Shown: positions 37,178-50,472 of the stretch, piece after piece
How positions within the stretch are numbered: the stretch's first letter is position 1
How the letters are laid out: each line of letters starts with the position of its first letter
Source: Mobula birostris
Lineage: Eukaryota
Reading direction: 5' to 3'
Length of the DNA: 64,000 bases
NCBI RefSeq assembly: GCF_030028105.1
Contig: NC_092370.1
Coordinates: 40,310,643-40,374,642 of the forward strand
The notes under the pieces: model-generated
The model's input: only the letters and a program-made list of their open reading frames with translations
Told to the model about the DNA's origin: nothing
The model's database searches: none
Made by a program: the position numbers and the translations under genes

Positions 37178-38984
37178 TGCTTTTGTGGGCAATCTAGGAC
37201 ATGTTAAAACATTAACATCTAAAAATATATTTAACTTTTAACTAATAAAATACAACAGTGCATTTTTCAAAGGGACATTGGAAATAAAGCACTAAGCTTC
37301 TAAATGAAGGAAACGCTATATAACAGGCACAGTCTAAGAATAGAAAATAAAAAGTGTGATCCAAAAAAGAAGCAGGTATTTGCAAATAAATCTTCTGTAT
37401 CCAAAGGATGACTAAGACTTATTAATGAACACCTATCAGGATAATATATTTAATAGTATGAATTAAATAACTAATACGTAAAAATTAATGTGATTTTAGG
37501 GCAAAAATAAGGTTGAAAATTATAGTTATCTTTTATAGGATTTGAATGGAACTACTTTATATATGGTAATTATCTTTATCGATGGGCGTAATTTCTCCTT
37601 TTGACTGTTGCGAGCAATCCAGTAGACAAAATGATTTCAACATTTCAACTAAATTATGAAACTCTGGGCTGATGAAATATCAAATTCTTTCTCTTTCTAA
37701 ATATATTGGTTAAATTGGAGTTCAGTGAAACTCTTCCCAGATGCCAATAAAAAATACTGCTAGATTTAATTTGCTTTTTAATTTGCTAATTAAGTGTATT
37801 AAAGCCTTGATTTCTGTGAAAGTGGAATCTACAATCTTAGTATATCATTGAATATCACTGATTGGAAATTCGGAAATACAATCAAGAGAATTCATGTTTT
37901 ATAGATTTAATAAAAGTGCATTAAGCAGTTCTATAAAAAGGTAAATCATCAAATTAGATATTTTTGAATCATTTCAATTATAAAATGTTCTAGATTGCAC
38001 ATGAAAGCATTCATTTATCTAACTTCAAACAAAATTTTGAGTGTATTTAAGATTTGAGGCTTAGAATTTCGTACTTTAGTCTCCAACCTTTTTTTGGATG
38101 TTTGATGTGTAGTATTACTTTCCTTGAATAAGTCTTTAAAAAATAATTTAATTTTTAACATGAGACCTGCAGAAAATACTGTCATGTAAAGACTTAGCTG
38201 TAGCTTATGGTATTGGTATCAAAATTTTATCAAAAGTAGACAAAATCCTATTGTATGTTTACCTTGGTGCTAATACTGAAATACTGTAGTTTGTCTTTTC
38301 AGCAGTACCATCCTTTTTGTATGGCGTTACTTCTAAATTAATAGTATCGTATTTATAGTTGATGTTTAAATTCTTACTATAAAACTTGAACAGATATAAT
38401 TGTGCAGCTAATCCAGAAGTAATGTGGTATGAAAAAAGCTGCATAAACCATTTTTAGAATAAATGATTGTACTAAACATAACTGACTGAAGGCATTGAAT
38501 CTCAGCTTTCTGTTACTATTTAACTGTAAAGTTAACTGATCAGAATGGTAAATGTAGTGTTCATGGTGAAATTGGATTAAATAAGTTTTTTTCAGCAAAT
38601 AATTCAGATATAAAACCAGATGCTGCTTTGTACTGTCACAGATCAAAGTTAACAAGTCCTCCACTTGAGGATATTCTTCCAAATTGCATCATTTTTGTTA
38701 GTTTGGCTGTATCTACTAGGCAGAGGAATTTAAGGTAAATTTGTTTGTTTAATTTTCAGACCAGCCACTCAGCTCGTGCAATATAACAAATATGTGATAT
38801 TCTGTATTTATAAAACATTCCTAAGCAAAGGCTTGTGAAGTATGAACTGGACGAGGCACTAACCCATACAGCCAAATTTAATCATCAGTAGGATGTACAG
38901 TCCATCAAATCTGCTTGGTTATTCAGTAAAATCATGGCTAATGATTTAAATCCACCTCTAAATCCACTGTACTCTGATTCCTTC

Positions 38985-39265
38985 ATGGTCTATTAATCTA
39001 TCATTTCATACCCATATCCACCCTATCAATATTCAATAGGTTTCAATGAAAATCCCCCTTCCTTATTCAATTACTTCTCATCTGATAAGCCTTTCATTCC
39101 TGGAATCATTCTCATGAACCTCCTCTGAACTTTCCCCAGTGTCAGCACATCCTTTCTTAAATAAAGGGCCCTAAACTGCTTACAATACTCCAGGTAAGGC
39201 CTCACCAAGTGCCTTAAAAAGCCTCAGCATTACATCCTTGCTTTTGTATTCTAGTCCTCTTGATA
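38985..39265 (-). mobile_element. CR1 fragment
   Basis: ISRGLEYKSKDVMLRLFKAL. Confidence 0.75.
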
Positions 39266-39344
39266 TGTTAACGTGACGTCTGATATGCTGAGGTTGTTCC
39301 TGGCAACTTGCAGTATAGTCCCAATACAGAGTAAGTGAATTGAT

Positions 39345-40297
39345 GAAATACATATATGTCACCATAGAGATTTGTTTGCTTGTGGGCATTCTCAGTAAGT
39401 CCAAGAAACATAATAGAATCAATGAAAGCCTGCACCTAACAGGACAGACAAACAACCAATGTGTAAACAGACAAACTGTGCAAATAGAAAAGAAAAAAAA
39501 AGACAAACAAATAAATAAATAAACAATGTATATAACATGAGATGAAAAGTCCTTGAAAGTGAGTCCATAGGTTGTGGGAACATGGGACGAGTGAAGTTAT
39601 CCTCACTGGTCAAGAGCCTGATGATTAAGGGTTGATACCTGTTTCTGTATCTGGCGATGTGGGTCCTGAGGCTTCTGTACCCTCTTCCTGATTGGCAGCA
39701 GCAAGCAGAGAGCAAGGCATGAGTGGTAGGAATCATTGATGATGGATGTTGCTTTTCTGCGACAATGCTTCATGTAGATGTGCTCAATGCTGGAGAGAGC
39801 TTTATCTGTGATGGACTGAGCCATATCCAACTCCATTTGTAGGATACTCCTTTCAAGGGCATTGAGGCTTCCATACCAGACTGTGATGCAGCCAGTCAAT
39901 ATACACTCCATAACACGTCTATAGAAGTTTGTCAAAGTTTTAAATGTCATGCTGAATCTTTGCAAACTTCTAAGGAAATAAAGACACTGCTGTGCTTTTT
40001 CCATAATTACATTTACGTGTCGGGTCCAGGAGAGAGCCTCTGAAATGATAATACTGAAGAATTTAAAGTTGCTGACCCTCTCCACCTCTGATTCCCCCGA
40101 TGAGGACTGACTAATTTCCTAACGGTTTCTTCTTCCTGAAGTCAATAATCAGCTGACGTTGAATGAGAGGTTGTTGCTGTGGCACTACTTAGCCAGATTT
40201 TCAGTCTCCTTCCTATATGCTGATTCGTCACCACCTTTAATTTGGCCAAAGACAGTGATGTTGTCGGCAAGCTTAAATATAGCATTGGAGCTGTGTG
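39345..40297 (-). mobile_element. Rex1/Babar-like LINE, about 950-bp 3' fragment
   Basis: ERVSNFKFFSIIISEALSW..KAQQCLYFLRSL..FYRRVMECILTGCITVWYG. Confidence 0.88.
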
Positions 40298-41085
40298 TCT
40301 TGTCACTTACACTCTTAAGCAAATCCTTCCTATTAGCATATTGTTTTTGCCATATCAATATGATTTACTATTAAAGCAAGACTGATCTGTAATTCATTTT
40401 TAAAATTTCAAAATGCTAGTTGAAATTTGCTATTCAAAATAATGTTGCAAAATTGATTAATTTCAAAAATACCAAACTCTGGAACTATTTCTTTACACAA
40501 ACTTTGCCCACATTTTCATGGGACTTCAACTGTTGCAAATACACACAATTCTGGTTTTGTGAAACTGGGGAAATGCTGCTTGGATATTATGCCTCAAACC
40601 TGTGCCATGGTAGTGGCAGATTTAATACTATCTAAAAGGAATTTATGCTTCATGTAGATGTGCTCAACATCTGTGTACATAGACTTCGTGATGCCTTGAT
40701 GTCTTGAAGTTCCTTCAGCTATTTTACGTGATGACTTATCATAAAGATGTTGCACTTTGCTTAGCAGAAATATAATTTGGTGGTTTCAGGTTTTCATCAA
40801 TTTTAACCAAATCTATTGAGAAAAACTTACTTGATTACTTTATAGCATTAAAATAAATTTAAATAAAGAGGAGACAGTAACTATTTCGGTAGCATCAGAT
40901 TTGGCATATAGCCATTTTGGTGGCATTTACTGTGAAATGAACTTACTGAATATTACAAATTTCTAACAGCGAAGGAGTAATCAAGAATATTGGCTTATTT
41001 ACTGCTGCAAGGCTTTTTGTTTCACTGATGTATTGTGCAAATTTTACTTTAAGGTAGCTCGGTTTCCCATTTTCTTTCAATATAG

Positions 41086-41219
41086 ACCTGGAGAGCCGCC
41101 AATAGTACGAGGCTGGATTCCATTTATCGGAAAAGCAATTGAATTTGGTTGTGATTCTTTCGGATTTCTTCTTTCTTGTCAGCAGAAATGGGGAGACATC
41201 TTCACGGTATACATGGCAG
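41086..41219 (+). CDS. CYP7B1: Cytochrome P450 7B1, exon 2
   Basis: tttctttcaatatAG acceptor, G|GTGAGT donor. Encodes (R)PGEPPIVRGWIPFIGKAIEFGCDSFGFLLSCQQKWGDIFTVYMA(G): proline-rich hinge and GDIFT motif of CYP7/8 enzymes. Confidence 0.92.
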
Positions 41220-42639
41220 GTGAGTTTTCTTATGGAATGTATCCAGAACTGCCAATGGCAATTAAAATTATAACTGATTTTTTTTTCTGTTCTGACATTG
41301 GTTGATATGAACCCCAGATTTTCAAGTAACTGTTGCATTTATGGAAATGACAAGTTTTTTTTTGAGAGAGTAATACCATCACACCAAACTCCAAAGCATG
41401 AAGTGGGAGAATAAATATAATGTGGTTAGCTTGGCAAATTAAACTTGGAATATTTTCACTTCATGCCTGAACCAGTTTGAATGTTAAAAACTGTGCTGAT
41501 TGATTCTGTCAGAATTTTTATTTTTGTTCAGCTGTTTATTTTCTCTCTTAAAAAGAACTTGTCAAAAAACTTGGGGAGAACACGAAAGCAGTTCATTTGG
41601 AAAACACAAAACGATGTTTGGTGTCCTAGCAAGACGATGTTTTGGGAATGCGGTATCGCTGAATGCAGTTTTCAACATGACAAGCAAATGATTGTCGGGC
41701 TAAAACGTTGCAAGGGACATGAATGTCATCTTAATAAAGAAATTAAAAAGCACATCTTTCTGCGAGAACAATGTAAATTTCTGACCTGTCGCGGAAAATA
41801 GTTCTCTAATTGGTATTGTGTGGTGGTGCAGCAGAATCGTTTTCCCTAAACGTCATTCCAGCGAAGCAATACTGTACATCATTGTCAACAGTTCAGCAAA
41901 ATCTCCCTAATAAGACAGTGATTGCATAAATGCTGTGCTTCACTGCCAAAGAAACCCCACCTTGTTGAATACGTCGACTGGAGAGGTTTTATGTTTCTCT
42001 TACTGTATCCCATGAGATACAAGGTATAATTATGTGAAAAGATAAACTTGCATGCATATAGAGACTACTGAAGGTGATAGAAATCAATTGACCGACTTCA
42101 GATTTTTTTTAAATTTTTGTTATTTTAAAAACTGATGCTACAAAAATTGTCTGACCTAGATATAACTGCTTCAGGGTCAGAATTTAATATTTGCATAAAA
42201 TCTATCTTTTCCTTTGAAAGCATGCAGCACGTTTTCTTTAATTTTTAGGGTAAGCACCACAGAGCCAAATATTCTGCAGTTTACAGTCCTGGGTGACATT
42301 CTGTCATAATATCCTCTGTTGTGCAGAGTTTACCTGACCAGACTTTGTGAGGACATTACAGGAGTATCTTATTTGCATGGAGGAGACTAGTATAGTTCCT
42401 ATTTCAAGCAAGTAGCATGTAATCACCTTCCCTATGCCAATAGAAAATCAGCAATCTTGCCTGTCATGGGGGCAGTCAGGTGCCTCATTTCTAGCCATTC
42501 TCATTTTCATCACAGGTAAGAAGCATAATAGTTTTTTAAAGTTTTCTTTTCTTTTCTAAGGAGTTTGGAGTCACTTTTCTGATTTGAAATAGGATCATAG
42601 TGCATCTCAGTTCATTTGGCAAATCTGGTTCCGTCATTA

Positions 42640-43740
42640 CCATGAGCCCATGGTATTACAGGAAAGTTACTAACATGGTTAGAGCATTGGCTAATTGGTA
42701 GGAGGCAGTGGGTGGGAATAAAAGGATCCTTTTCTGGTTGGCTGCCAGTGACTAGTGGTGTTCCACAGGGATCAGTTTTGGGACCACTTCTTCTTATGCT
42801 GTGTATAAATGATTTAGATGATGGAATAGATGGCTTTGTTGCCAAGTTTGCAGATGATGCGTAGATTGGTGGAGGGGCAGGTAGTTTTGAGAATGGGTAA
42901 TAAAGTGGCAAATGAAATACAATGTTGGAAAATGCATGGTCATGCACTTTGGTAGTAGAAATAAATGTGCGGACTATTTTCTAAACGGAGGGAAAATCCA
43001 GGAATCTGAGATGCAAAGGGACTTGGAAATCCTTGTGTAGAACACCCTGAAGGTTAACTTGCAGGTCAAGTCAGTGGTGAGGAAGGCAAATGCCATGTTA
43101 GCATTCATTTCAAGAGGTCTAGAATACAAGAACAAGGATGTGATGCTCAGGCTTTATAAGGCACTGGTGAGGCCTCACCTTGAGTATTATGAACAGTTTT
43201 GGGTCCCTCATCTTAGAAAAGATGTGCTGGGATTGGAGAGGGTTCAGAGGAGGTTCACAAGGATGATTCCAGGAATGAAAGGGTTATCGTAAGAGGAATG
43301 TTTGATGGCCCTGGGTCTGTACTCACTGGAACTCAGAAGGATAAGGGGGGAGCTCATTGAAACCTTTTGAATGTTGAAAGGCCTAGACAGAGTAGATGTG
43401 GAAAGGATGTTTCCCATGGTGGGAGAGTCTAGGACAAGAGAGCACAGCCTCAGGATAGAGGGGCACCCTTTCAAACCAGAGATGCAGAGAAGTTTCTTTA
43501 GCCAAAGGCTGGTGAATTTGTGGAATTTGTTGCCACATGCAACTGTGGAGGCCAGGTCATTGGGTGTATTTAAGGCAGAGATTGATAGGTTCTTGGTTGG
43601 ACAAGGCATCAAAGGTTACAGGGCAAAGGCTGGGAACCGGGGTTGAGAAGGAGTTAGAAAAAAAAGATCAGCCATGATTGAATGGTGGAGCAGACTCGAT
43701 GGGCCAGATGGCCTAATTCTGCTCCTATGTCTTATGATCT
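42640..43740 (+). mobile_element. CR1 LINE RT to 3' end (intron 2)
   Basis: GVPQGSVLGP, FADD, LVRPHLEY..RRFTRMIPG, WNLLP. Confidence 0.92.
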
Positions 43741-44001
43741 CATTACCCTGGGTCCTGGTGGAGGCTGCATCCCTAACTCCTAGATTTTGGTAGTGCCAAT
43801 TGGCCATGGTGAGAAGTTCACTGATATCCAGAAGAGCTTTACCTCCTAGCTGACCAGGTTATCAATCAGCCCTACTATTATGTAACAGGTGGTGCCATTG
43901 CGGTGTGTATCCTTGCTGAGGAAATGATATTCCACCAGAAGCTAAAGGGTTTTGCTTCTGGTAAACTGTGAATGTCAAATGCAACTTTCTGACAACTAGC
44001 G

Positions 44002-44082
44002 TAACACACACAAAACGCTGGAGGAACTCAGCAGGTCAGGCAGCATCTATGGAAATGAATAGATGAACAGAGTTGACAACTC
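44002..44082 (-). mobile_element. Short PLE terminal fragment ending in a small hairpin
   Basis: aacacacacaaaacgctggaggaactcagcaggtcaggcagcatctatgg..cagagttg-a-caactctg. Confidence 0.7.
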
Positions 44083-44967
44083 TGCTAGTTATTGGCGATG
44101 CTATGTATAACACCATTTTGCTGCCCCACAGCTTCTGCTTACAAGCTTTTCTTCCACCACTTTTGTTTACATATTAATTTGGATTATTATAACAGCAATA
44201 AATTATTTCCATTCATACATGCATTAGATAAAGCAAGAATATCCTAAGATGCATTATTTTTTTAATGATACCATTTCAATTAAGAAGGCAGTTAACCAAA
44301 ACCTGCCAAGAGTGTAGATTTTGAGGAGAATTTTAAGAAGGAAAATGTGCTAGAGACGTGGACAGACTTAAGAATGGAATTCCAGAGTGTAGGATCTTGG
44401 CAGCTAAATGCACATTCACCTTCTGCGGATGGATTAAATTCAGGGCCAAGCAATTGATGAAGATTAGTGTACCCATGTATTGAAAGGCTGTAGAACTTGG
44501 GGAGGTTATAGAGATGAGAAAGGACTAGATCCTGTAGGAATGTGACCATCGTGGACACTTTAAAAACGGAGGTAGAGATATATTGGCAGAAACTGCAGGT
44601 CATAGGGAGAATGAGGGAACAAGATTTATGCTGAGTCAAAACATGCATTATATGAACTTGGGTTTATGGAGATGTCCAGGTCAGTCTACAGGTAATAAAG
44701 GCATGTATAAAGTTTCCAGCAGTAAATAAGCTGAGGGAATGAGTAAATGAGCAGTGTTAAAGAGGCAGAAATAGACACCCTGAGCAATGTCATAGTTAGG
44801 CAATCCAATGCTCCATCAGATTCACGTAGATCAAAGTGGCAAACTTGGTTTCAAGTAGTTGCTAATGCTATGAATGAATTTTGAACCGAATGTTGGAAAT
44901 AATGGGTTTGGTACTCTCAATATCAGGCCAGATCTCAACTGGCTTTTTAACCAACATGATAGCCTTT

Positions 44968-45254
44968 AGCCACAGTAATGTAGTGGTTAGCATGATGCTG
45001 TAACAGCTCGGGGCATTGGAGTTTGGAGTTCAATTCCGATGCCACCTGTAAGGAGTTTGTACAGTACATCCTGTCCGTGAGCACATGGCTTTCCTCTGGG
45101 TGCTCCAGTTTCCTCCCTGGTTCCAAAGAAGTACTGATTAGTAGTTTAATTAGTCATTGTAAATTGTCCTGTGATTAGGCAAGGGTATAATAGGTGGCTC
45201 ATTGGGCTGGAAGGGTCTGTTCAGACATACTAAATAAATAAAATAAGTTAAATA
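44968..45254 (+). mobile_element. V-SINE, near full length
   Basis: tRNA-like head, B-box gagttcaattcc, V-domain, (TAAA)n tail. Confidence 0.8.
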
Positions 45255-45777
45255 ATCCCAGAATTACTAATGGATTTAAGACACTGAGGAATTAAGGAAA
45301 ATGGTGGTGAAGTGGGATTGGCTGACGGGACTCAGTTTTACTGAGATTGCCCAGGATTTAAACTGCAATCATCTGCGGCACAGACTCTGAGTCCTTTGGA
45401 TTACAGTGGAGACTTTAGGGATGTTGGTATGAGGCATATAGAGACATAGGTAATTTTTCTTTAAAATTATTGATGGCTTTAACTTGTTTATTTCAATATA
45501 ATAGTTTTCAAATTGTCTCTGGTTTCAGGCCTTTTGAGACCTAGCAAAGCTGGGTGCAAGGTTTTGTCAGCTTCAAAGCCTTTGAGGCTGTTCCAGGGCA
45601 TGGCACCCTTACTGTTCCACAGGAGGCCTAGCCAGCCAGCACTACCTTATCACCACTTTCCTTAGCCCTTCACAGTTTCTGACACCAGGGAACTCAAATG
45701 TTAAGAGTGATTTGTTTTTAACTCTGGAGTTTGGGAGATATTGTGTTACCAAGACATGGCTGAGCATCAAAACCAGC

Positions 45778-46128
45778 AAAGTTGGAATATGGGAGTGGAT
45801 GTTTCAAAGAGTGGGAGAGTCTAGAACCAGAAAGCTTGACTTCAGAAAAGAAGAACCTCCCTCGAGTACAGAGATGGGGAGTAATTTCTTTAGCTAGCTG
45901 ATGGCAAATATGTAGAATTTATTGGGTATAAGTTGCGTGGAGTGCAAGTCATTGGTAATATTTAAAGTGGAGGTAGATAGGTTCTTGATTAGTAAGAGTG
46001 TCAAAGGTTATGAGGAGAAGGCAGGAGAATGGGGTTGACAGGAAAAATACATCAGTCATGTTTGAATGGTTGAGCAGACCCAATGAGCTGAATGGCCTAA
46101 TTCTGCTCCTATGTCTTGTGGTCTTATG
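45778..46128 (+). mobile_element. CR1 3' fragment
   Basis: MFQRVGESRTRK; tail ggcctaattctgctcctatgtcttgtggtcttatg. Confidence 0.8.
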
Positions 46129-46394
46129 GAGACAGCGAGAGGAATTCTGGGTAGAACACTCAGTCCAGCAAGACTAGAGGAAATCTTTTGATTGTTTAAG
46201 AAGGACAGGTCAAACAAGGTAATGGTGAGATATAGATGGGTGTAATAGGTGAGGGTGGAAATGACTGATTTTCAGATGATGCTGGTGAGAGAATTGCATG
46301 TGAGAGAAATAGGAGGACTCAAATATAAATAGTTGAGGTGTTTTTGAGGTGATGATGCCAGTGCCTGCACTCCTCTAGCTACTATTGGATGGGT

Positions 46395-46672
46395 CAGATT
46401 TGGGAACAGCTTCTTTCCTACTGTGATAAGACTGCTGAACGGATCCTGACCTGGATCTGGTCCGTACCCTCCAAATATCCAGACCTGCCTCTCGTTTTTT
46501 TTTGCACTACCTTACTTTCCCTTTTCTATTTTCTATTTATGATTTATAATTTAAATTTTTCATATTTACTATCGATTTGTACTCCAGGGAGTGTAAAGCA
46601 CAGAATCAAATATCGCTGTGATGATTGTACGGTCTAGTATCAATTGTTTGGTGACAATAAAGTATAAAGTAA
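46395..46672 (+). mobile_element. Rex-like 3' end
   Basis: RFGNSFFPTVIRLLN followed by 3' UTR ending gacaataaagtataaagta. Confidence 0.7.
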
Positions 46673-47144
46673 GAAGGGAGCCTCGTTCATATGGTTGAGA
46701 GTTGGTGGAGAGATTTTGGACCAGAAAGATGTCTTCAATGATGTCAAAAATTGAAGACAATCCCAAAAGGATGCAAATAGATAATTTTAGAGACAAATTG
46801 TACTATATTAATAGTTTTTTTGGTAGTAATCTGACAAATTAAATCAAAAGTAAGCACTAGAATGTAGGTCACTTGCATCACAGTGGGCAGAGTTTTGTTG
46901 TATATCATTAGGTATGCAGAAGACAAAAAGAACAGGATTCCTGTCCAATGGTTCTTGCAGCATTTTGCTATTTTTTTCTGGCACAACTTGATTTTTTTTT
47001 GGAGGGATGGAGTGGATTAAATCCACTCAAAATATAGTGTCACCAATAAGTCATCATATTTACAGCTTTATTAGAGAGAGCTGCAAGTCAGATCTTAAGC
47101 TAAGAGGTTTAACATGCTAACAGCTATTGTTTTATTTCTTACAG

Positions 47145-47738
47145 GCAAATATATTACTTTTATCTTAGATCCGTTCCTTTACCAGTTAGTCATTCAGCTT
47201 GGCAAACAATTAGACTTCCAAGAACTTTCAACAACATTTTCAGCAAGAGTATTTGGTCACCCTTTAATGAATGACCCCAAAACTCCCATATCCTTGGAAG
47301 AGATTCACAAGCTCTATAACTACTTACAGGGGGATGAGTTAGTTATTTTGCATAAAAGTACAACTGAAAATCTTCAGAACATAATGAGACAAGAGCAGGT
47401 GGGATCAACGGAATGGAGAATTGAATACATGTATGACTTTTGTTGCCGAATCATCATTGAAGCCAATTATGTATCTCTGTATGGAAAAGCACCAAAGGAT
47501 GAACAAAAAAAAATTGCTGAATTAAGGGAGAAATTCCTTAAGTTTGACCAAATGCTTATGTACCTGGCTGCAAGGATTCCCATTGAACTTCTAGGAAACA
47601 CAAAAAGAATTCGCAAGGAACTGATTAGTTACTTTACATCAAAGGAATTGGACCAACGGCTAAATATGGCAAAAGTAATACAAGCCAGAAGAGACTTGCT
47701 TGACTGCTATTCATATCTTCAGGATGATCAGAAAGCAG
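47145..47738 (+). CDS. CYP7B1: Cytochrome P450 7B1, exon 3
   Basis: tttcttacAG acceptor, G|GTAAGC donor, 594 nt open. Begins GKYITFILDPFLYQLVI, close to human CYP7B1 GKYITFILDPFQYQLVI as recalled. Confidence 0.95.
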
Positions 47739-49126
47739 GTAAGCAAAAAGATGAACAAATCGGTTCTTTCAGCTGCGTGACACCATAGTACTCTGATATC
47801 CCAAGATGCTATGTCATTCTGCTAATTTCTTCTTATAGAAAAACTTATAAAACATGCATGATAAGAGCGATGGTTTCACATGTAATTGAAATCACTGTCA
47901 CAATAAAATTGAATGCTGTGCCTTTGCAGCTGAAATGTAGCACTGAACTTCCTGTCTCGGACTAATGAGCATAAGTAGAAAATAAAATAATATTGGTTCT
48001 TGAAAAGAATCTTCATAGACTATCAATACACCCAAAATATTTCATAGTTCACCAATAACCAGTCTCTCTGAGAGACAATAAGGAGCCTAATATTAAACAT
48101 GGAAATCACAGTAGGGCAGATGTTTTGGAAGTAATAATGAGGATACTCAATACGATTTCAGCATTGGTTTTGAAGGCTGTCTGTTCTATCCCCTCATTCT
48201 CACTGACTCATCCCAACACCCTGAATTTTTCTCTGTTAATGGGCATAAGCCCTTTTTGCAAACTACCTCCTCCCACATTTTTGGTGCTGTCATTGTACAT
48301 ACTAGATCCCCATTCCACTGCTGTGCCATGGTTTGACATTCTGTGTGTTTGTATATTTTCTGACTTGGCTGGTCACTTTACCAAATGAAAACCAAAGAGG
48401 GGAAGGAATATATGGAGGCTATGGTTGTACCTAGAAAGGGGAAATTTTGAAAAAGGATTTTGATGTGTGAAGTTCATACCATATGTGGTCTTGCATTTGT
48501 TCTGTGTGTGTACTGGAGAAGAATTTCTTTTCTGGGACCTGGTCCATTGTTACCCAGGCACACAGAACAATCAGGAGGGGAGAGTAGATCTTTAAAAGAA
48601 CCTGTGCACCCATGAATCGAATTGTTATACAGTGATGGAGGAAAGGAAGCTTGAGGTGCATGCACCAGTCAATATTCATGACAAATACCAAGAAAGGCAA
48701 AAATCTTAATTTAGACTAAAAGCTCAAAAATTATGAAATCTTATGTAAAGAAGATGACGATGGTGTGACCTTGAAGGAATTTTTTTATAATATTTGGAAT
48801 GGGTTGATATTGTAATATCTTCAGCCTGCAAAAGCCTTCTGTGATAATTGAATTCAACTTTTTGCTGATGTGGTAAAAAAGGCACTTATTGCTGATAATG
48901 AGGCAGATTTAACAGAGCTACATCTATCCCTCCCGCCTTCAATGTAACATTACTTTGAAACTGTCCTCATTAAGCAGAAAATTAGACTTTAGAAGCCTAT
49001 TGGTCCTCATTAGCATTCACTGATCCTTGGCTGGGTCTTTGTCCTAACATCTTTTAATTAGCACACTGCAAATCTAATCAGTGTAATAAATGCTATTAAT
49101 CTTCCTTTTCACTTATTTTCTCACAG

Positions 49127-49333
49127 CACATCATTTTACCTTACTGTGGGCTGCTGTTGGAAACATGCTTCCAGCTGCGTTCTGGACCCTATATTACATT
49201 GTGAAGAACCCAGAAGCCCATGCAGCTGTGCGAGATGAAATTGACCACGTGTTACAGGCAGCAGGCCAGCGGCCAAGCCCTGACTTCAATATCACCCTCA
49301 GCAAAGAAGATCTAGACAGCATGGTGACCTTAG
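49127..49333 (+). CDS. CYP7B1: Cytochrome P450 7B1, exon 4 (I-helix)
   Basis: ttttctcacAG acceptor, G|GTAACT donor, 207 nt. AHHFTLLWAAVGNMLPAAFWTLYYIVKNPEAHAAVRDEID retains the CYP7/8-type I-helix Asn. Confidence 0.95.
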
Positions 49334-50472
49334 GTAACTCATTCTAATTTGGAACTGGAAAATGGAAATTACAGTATTACTTGAAAAATGTGGAGGATAC
49401 CATAGATAGCTATTTTCACTTTTTCATTGTGCATTTCCTTATACACAATGGAGATAGTTTAATTACCAACAAACACCGGTACACCTCATGAGTCTGCTCC
49501 ACCAGTGAATACAAAGCAGAACTAGGGCTTTGAAGGTGTTGGTCCTAATTGTCTCTTTGAAACCTGCTCAATACTGGGGGTGTGGGATTGCTTAATTAAA
49601 GACAGATTCTCCATCAAGTGAGTGGCTGAGTTTTTCTTTCGGTTTGAGAACCGTAGCAATTAAAATTAAAATTTCATTTATTTTAAATACAATTTTGAAG
49701 GACTTAACCTGGTGTTCATGTAGTGAACTATTTACATTGTAGTGTTAGTGCACTTCTTGTACTGCACTCACCCTGTTTCTGATAAGGCAAAATTAATCCA
49801 GGATACATCAGGTTCAAAGTTCCTGGCCACATAATTTTGCATACAGATTGAATCAATAGAATTCTGAATATACTATGGAAAAGTTTGGTAATTTCCTTTT
49901 GTTAAGTACTGCTCAAATTTATAGCAGTCATTTTGAAGAGTTGGTGTTTGGAATCCTATATAAAATTAGCATTTGCAATGCCTATTCCTTCACTGATTGC
50001 TTCATTTGTTTTCTTTCTGTTTCTGTTTTTCATTCTAATAATTCTTACCTCTTTGGATGATAACCAAATCTTTTCTAAAACAAACTCTATAATGAAGCAC
50101 AATTTAAGCTAGAAGCCATCCAGTACACAATGTGTTAAATCTTTATATTGAATCTGACGTCCATCTTGGAATGAGAAATGAAGACATATGATCCTTTTAA
50201 TCTTGGGAGTCAGCAAAACGGAAAAAAAAATTCTCTAAGGAAATGCATGGTCTCATTTGAGAACAGCAATCACACCTTATCTGACACCAGCTTCTCGCCT
50301 GCTTCAGGAAGCAGCAAAATTTTAAATGCCCAGCATTTTAGAATTGGGACACTCAAAAGGCATTGTGATAGAACCTAACTTCTAGGTGTCTTGATATCGT
50401 GGAGTTATTAAGTACGGTGACCTGTCACTCGAGCATTCACTGATATCCTTGATATGGCAATCTGTTTTTACG

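Larger units (their letters stand above)
44290..46800 (-). mobile_element. Ancient L2 LINE fragmented by younger insertions
   Basis: GECAFSCQDPTLWNSIL..KSTLL (L2 C-terminus) at about 44300-44420; ILLGLSSIFDIIEDIFLVQNL (LLDLSAAFDTIDH-like) at about 46700-46790. Confidence 0.6.

Noticed and set aside
1-41085. CYP7B1 exon 1
   Set aside because: I could not identify an ATG plus hydrophobic anchor plus phase-2 GT donor. It is probably upstream, though a short exon could be missed by eye.
47114-47788. ORF-track extents 41033-41305, 47114-47788, 49090-49347 and 61137-61454 as stand-alone genes
   Set aside because: They are exons plus intronic read-through beyond clear splice sites.
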